Source of the DNA: Gnetum montanum
Lineage: Eukaryota; Plantae; Gnetophyta
Direction: 5' to 3'
Assembly: GCA_015680685.1 (NCBI GenBank)
Contig: MNCI01002657.1
Coordinates: forward strand, 225,858-289,857
DNA length: 64,000 nucleotides
This document shows, in pieces, positions 62,401-64,000 of this stretch; within the stretch, counting starts at the first letter, position 1; each line of letters begins with the position of its first letter. The translations under genes were made by a program, and so were the position numbers. Under the pieces are notes generated by a model. It was not told the DNA's origin. It searched no databases and was given only the letters and a program-made list of their open reading frames with translations.

Positions 62401-63117
62401 AAGGTAATTAACATCAATAGTTCCACCAGTAAGAGTATTATGTGGTGGAATGTCACCTCAACCTCAAGATCATTATTATCAATGGCAAGTCCCACAGCTA
62501 TGGGAGTTATCATTGCTAAGGCAATAATATCCTTACTGCCAACTAGATCCATATGGATATTACATCTTGCAACCTATGTCTCATAGTAGCATTGTAAGTT
62601 ACACTTCTTTTTCCCATGACTACTACCCCCTAAATATTATAGACATACTACTACACTACACAACTTGAGTCTCCTTCAGCATATACTCCTCATTATTCAC
62701 CACAATACTTTGCACCTCACAATTCCACTTCTTTGGCACCTACATTACCTATGCAAGATGAGATACCATTGTGGCCTTAGTAACACGATGTTAGGTGGCT
62801 TGTGAACTTATACTTGGATGATAATTTGAGTGGTTCTAAGTGTAAGCCTTGGAAAGGTATTTTCTTCAAATCTAACAGTTCACCTAAACCCCCACAGGTA
62901 TCAGTGGTTGCTAATCTTTCCTAAACTACTCTTAAGATAATTGTCGAGCAACCTTCAAATTAAAGATTCGAAAATGTACATATAGTCATGTTAACTCATG
63001 TAGTTACATATTGGATAATGGTAGGGCACCTTCCCAGGAAAATATTTGAGCTTGGAATTCCTCTAAGTTATTTACAAATTATAGGATATAATCCATGCAA
63101 ATCTATACTAGACTTAG
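59474..63117 (+). mobile_element. Athila-like element D (5' LTR 59474-60317, PBS, gag with N-terminal extension, start of protease), cut by an LTR insertion
   Basis: TGATG..TTCATCA LTR; PBS TGGTGCGATTGCTAAG; gag homologous to element A (DFTFVLHHDKQL, NIENKWKKLKLF); protease ..PCKSILDL interrupted at 63117. Confidence 0.85.
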
Positions 63118-64000
63118 TAATGAGCGGCGAGGTACCCCTATGCCCAACCATGCGAATCATGGGCATTCACATGCAACTTGATCGAATTCCATAGACTATA
63201 AGCACTTGCATACACCAAACTGTAACTAGCAAAACCTTGTGTTAGAAGGGTCGTTGTCTTCCCAACCTCACTTGTGGTGTTCTGATGCGATGGTTAAGTG
63301 AGATTGAGGTAAATGATTTTTATGGCTTTTCTCTTTATCTTCTAGAGTCTAATTCTTGAAGCAAAATGTAAGGAATGGAATATTGCGTAGTCTATAGTTA
63401 TCCTAATCTATCTCTTAACTCTTTCTATCATAAGCATATGATCCCATCTTTCATGCACATCTTGAGCATCTCTTAATCACTACTTGGTTACCAGACATTA
63501 AGTGTCATTGGGTTTCCAAGTGTTGGGTATACATTTGAGATGGTTGTACTAATGGTTTCTACAAGATTAAAAGAGCAATGATGATTAAACTGATAACAAT
63601 GAAAAATTAAGGAATTATTAAAGCATAGAAATATTAAACTATTAAATGCTTAAATGACTAAATCTAATTGCTTCAAGGAATGCTTGAAAAGCTGGTCTTT
63701 ATTGCCGATCACACCAATGGGCTCAGGTACATTAGTGCTCAAATAAAGAGCCAAACACCTTTCTCACACCTACTACAGGCACTTGGAAAATATTCTAACT
63801 CTCGTAGAAACAAACTATAAGAGCTTCACTACAACTACCTAAAAGATGCCTAAGTGTGATGGAAGCACACTTATTTATAAGCTAGAATAGAGGCTGTGTA
63901 AACGAGGCCACGTATACGGGGCCCCGTATATGTGGCCCAGTTGACACATCGACTAATGAGCACTTCATCATACCCCCATGACTAAGTGGAAACTCATCCT
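63118..64000 (-). mobile_element. 3' LTR (63118-63970) and PPT of a further Athila-like element extending beyond the window
   Basis: TAATGAGCGGCGAGGTACCCCTA matches the family LTR end; ..CTTCATCA followed by TACCCCCATGACT matches the PPT of element A. Confidence 0.85.

Overview
Eukaryotic, almost certainly vascular-plant DNA. It is AT-rich, CpG/CHG-depleted and roughly 90% nested transposon and viral debris, with N gaps at 5011-5114 and 30073-30203. The only host gene I recognise is the first coding exon of a KUP/HAK K+ transporter (KUP12-like, minus strand, 15525-15791). Its first intron apparently runs more than 15 kb off the left edge, through a Tat-like gag-PR element, Copia fragments, two L1 LINEs and a solo LTR. 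To the right lies an Athila-like Ty3/gypsy family with TGATG..CATCA LTRs and an Asp-type PBS. It occurs as an intact gag-PR-only element with TSD (17818-24785), a gag-only element (37480-42170), a decayed pol-containing copy (about 34200-45787), another gag-PR copy (59474-63117), solo LTRs and a further 3' LTR. Also present are an RTE LINE, a chromovirus pol, a 2.66-kb solo LTR and a decayed florendovirus-like endogenous caulimovirid (about 53165-59470). Most notable: (1) both divergent L1s carry an unexpected PMD/Transposase_32-like domain fused at the ORF2 C-terminus, where plant L1s usually have RNase H; (2) the endogenous pararetrovirus forms a fold-back inverted repeat with arms of about 1.4 kb; (3) two divergent non-autonomous Athila-like elements keep a homologous 61-62 nt GT-AG intron that ends directly on an ATG; (4) each LTR subfamily has its own palindromic-motif cassette in front of the TATA box. 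All family assignments come from motif recognition by eye, not from database searches.
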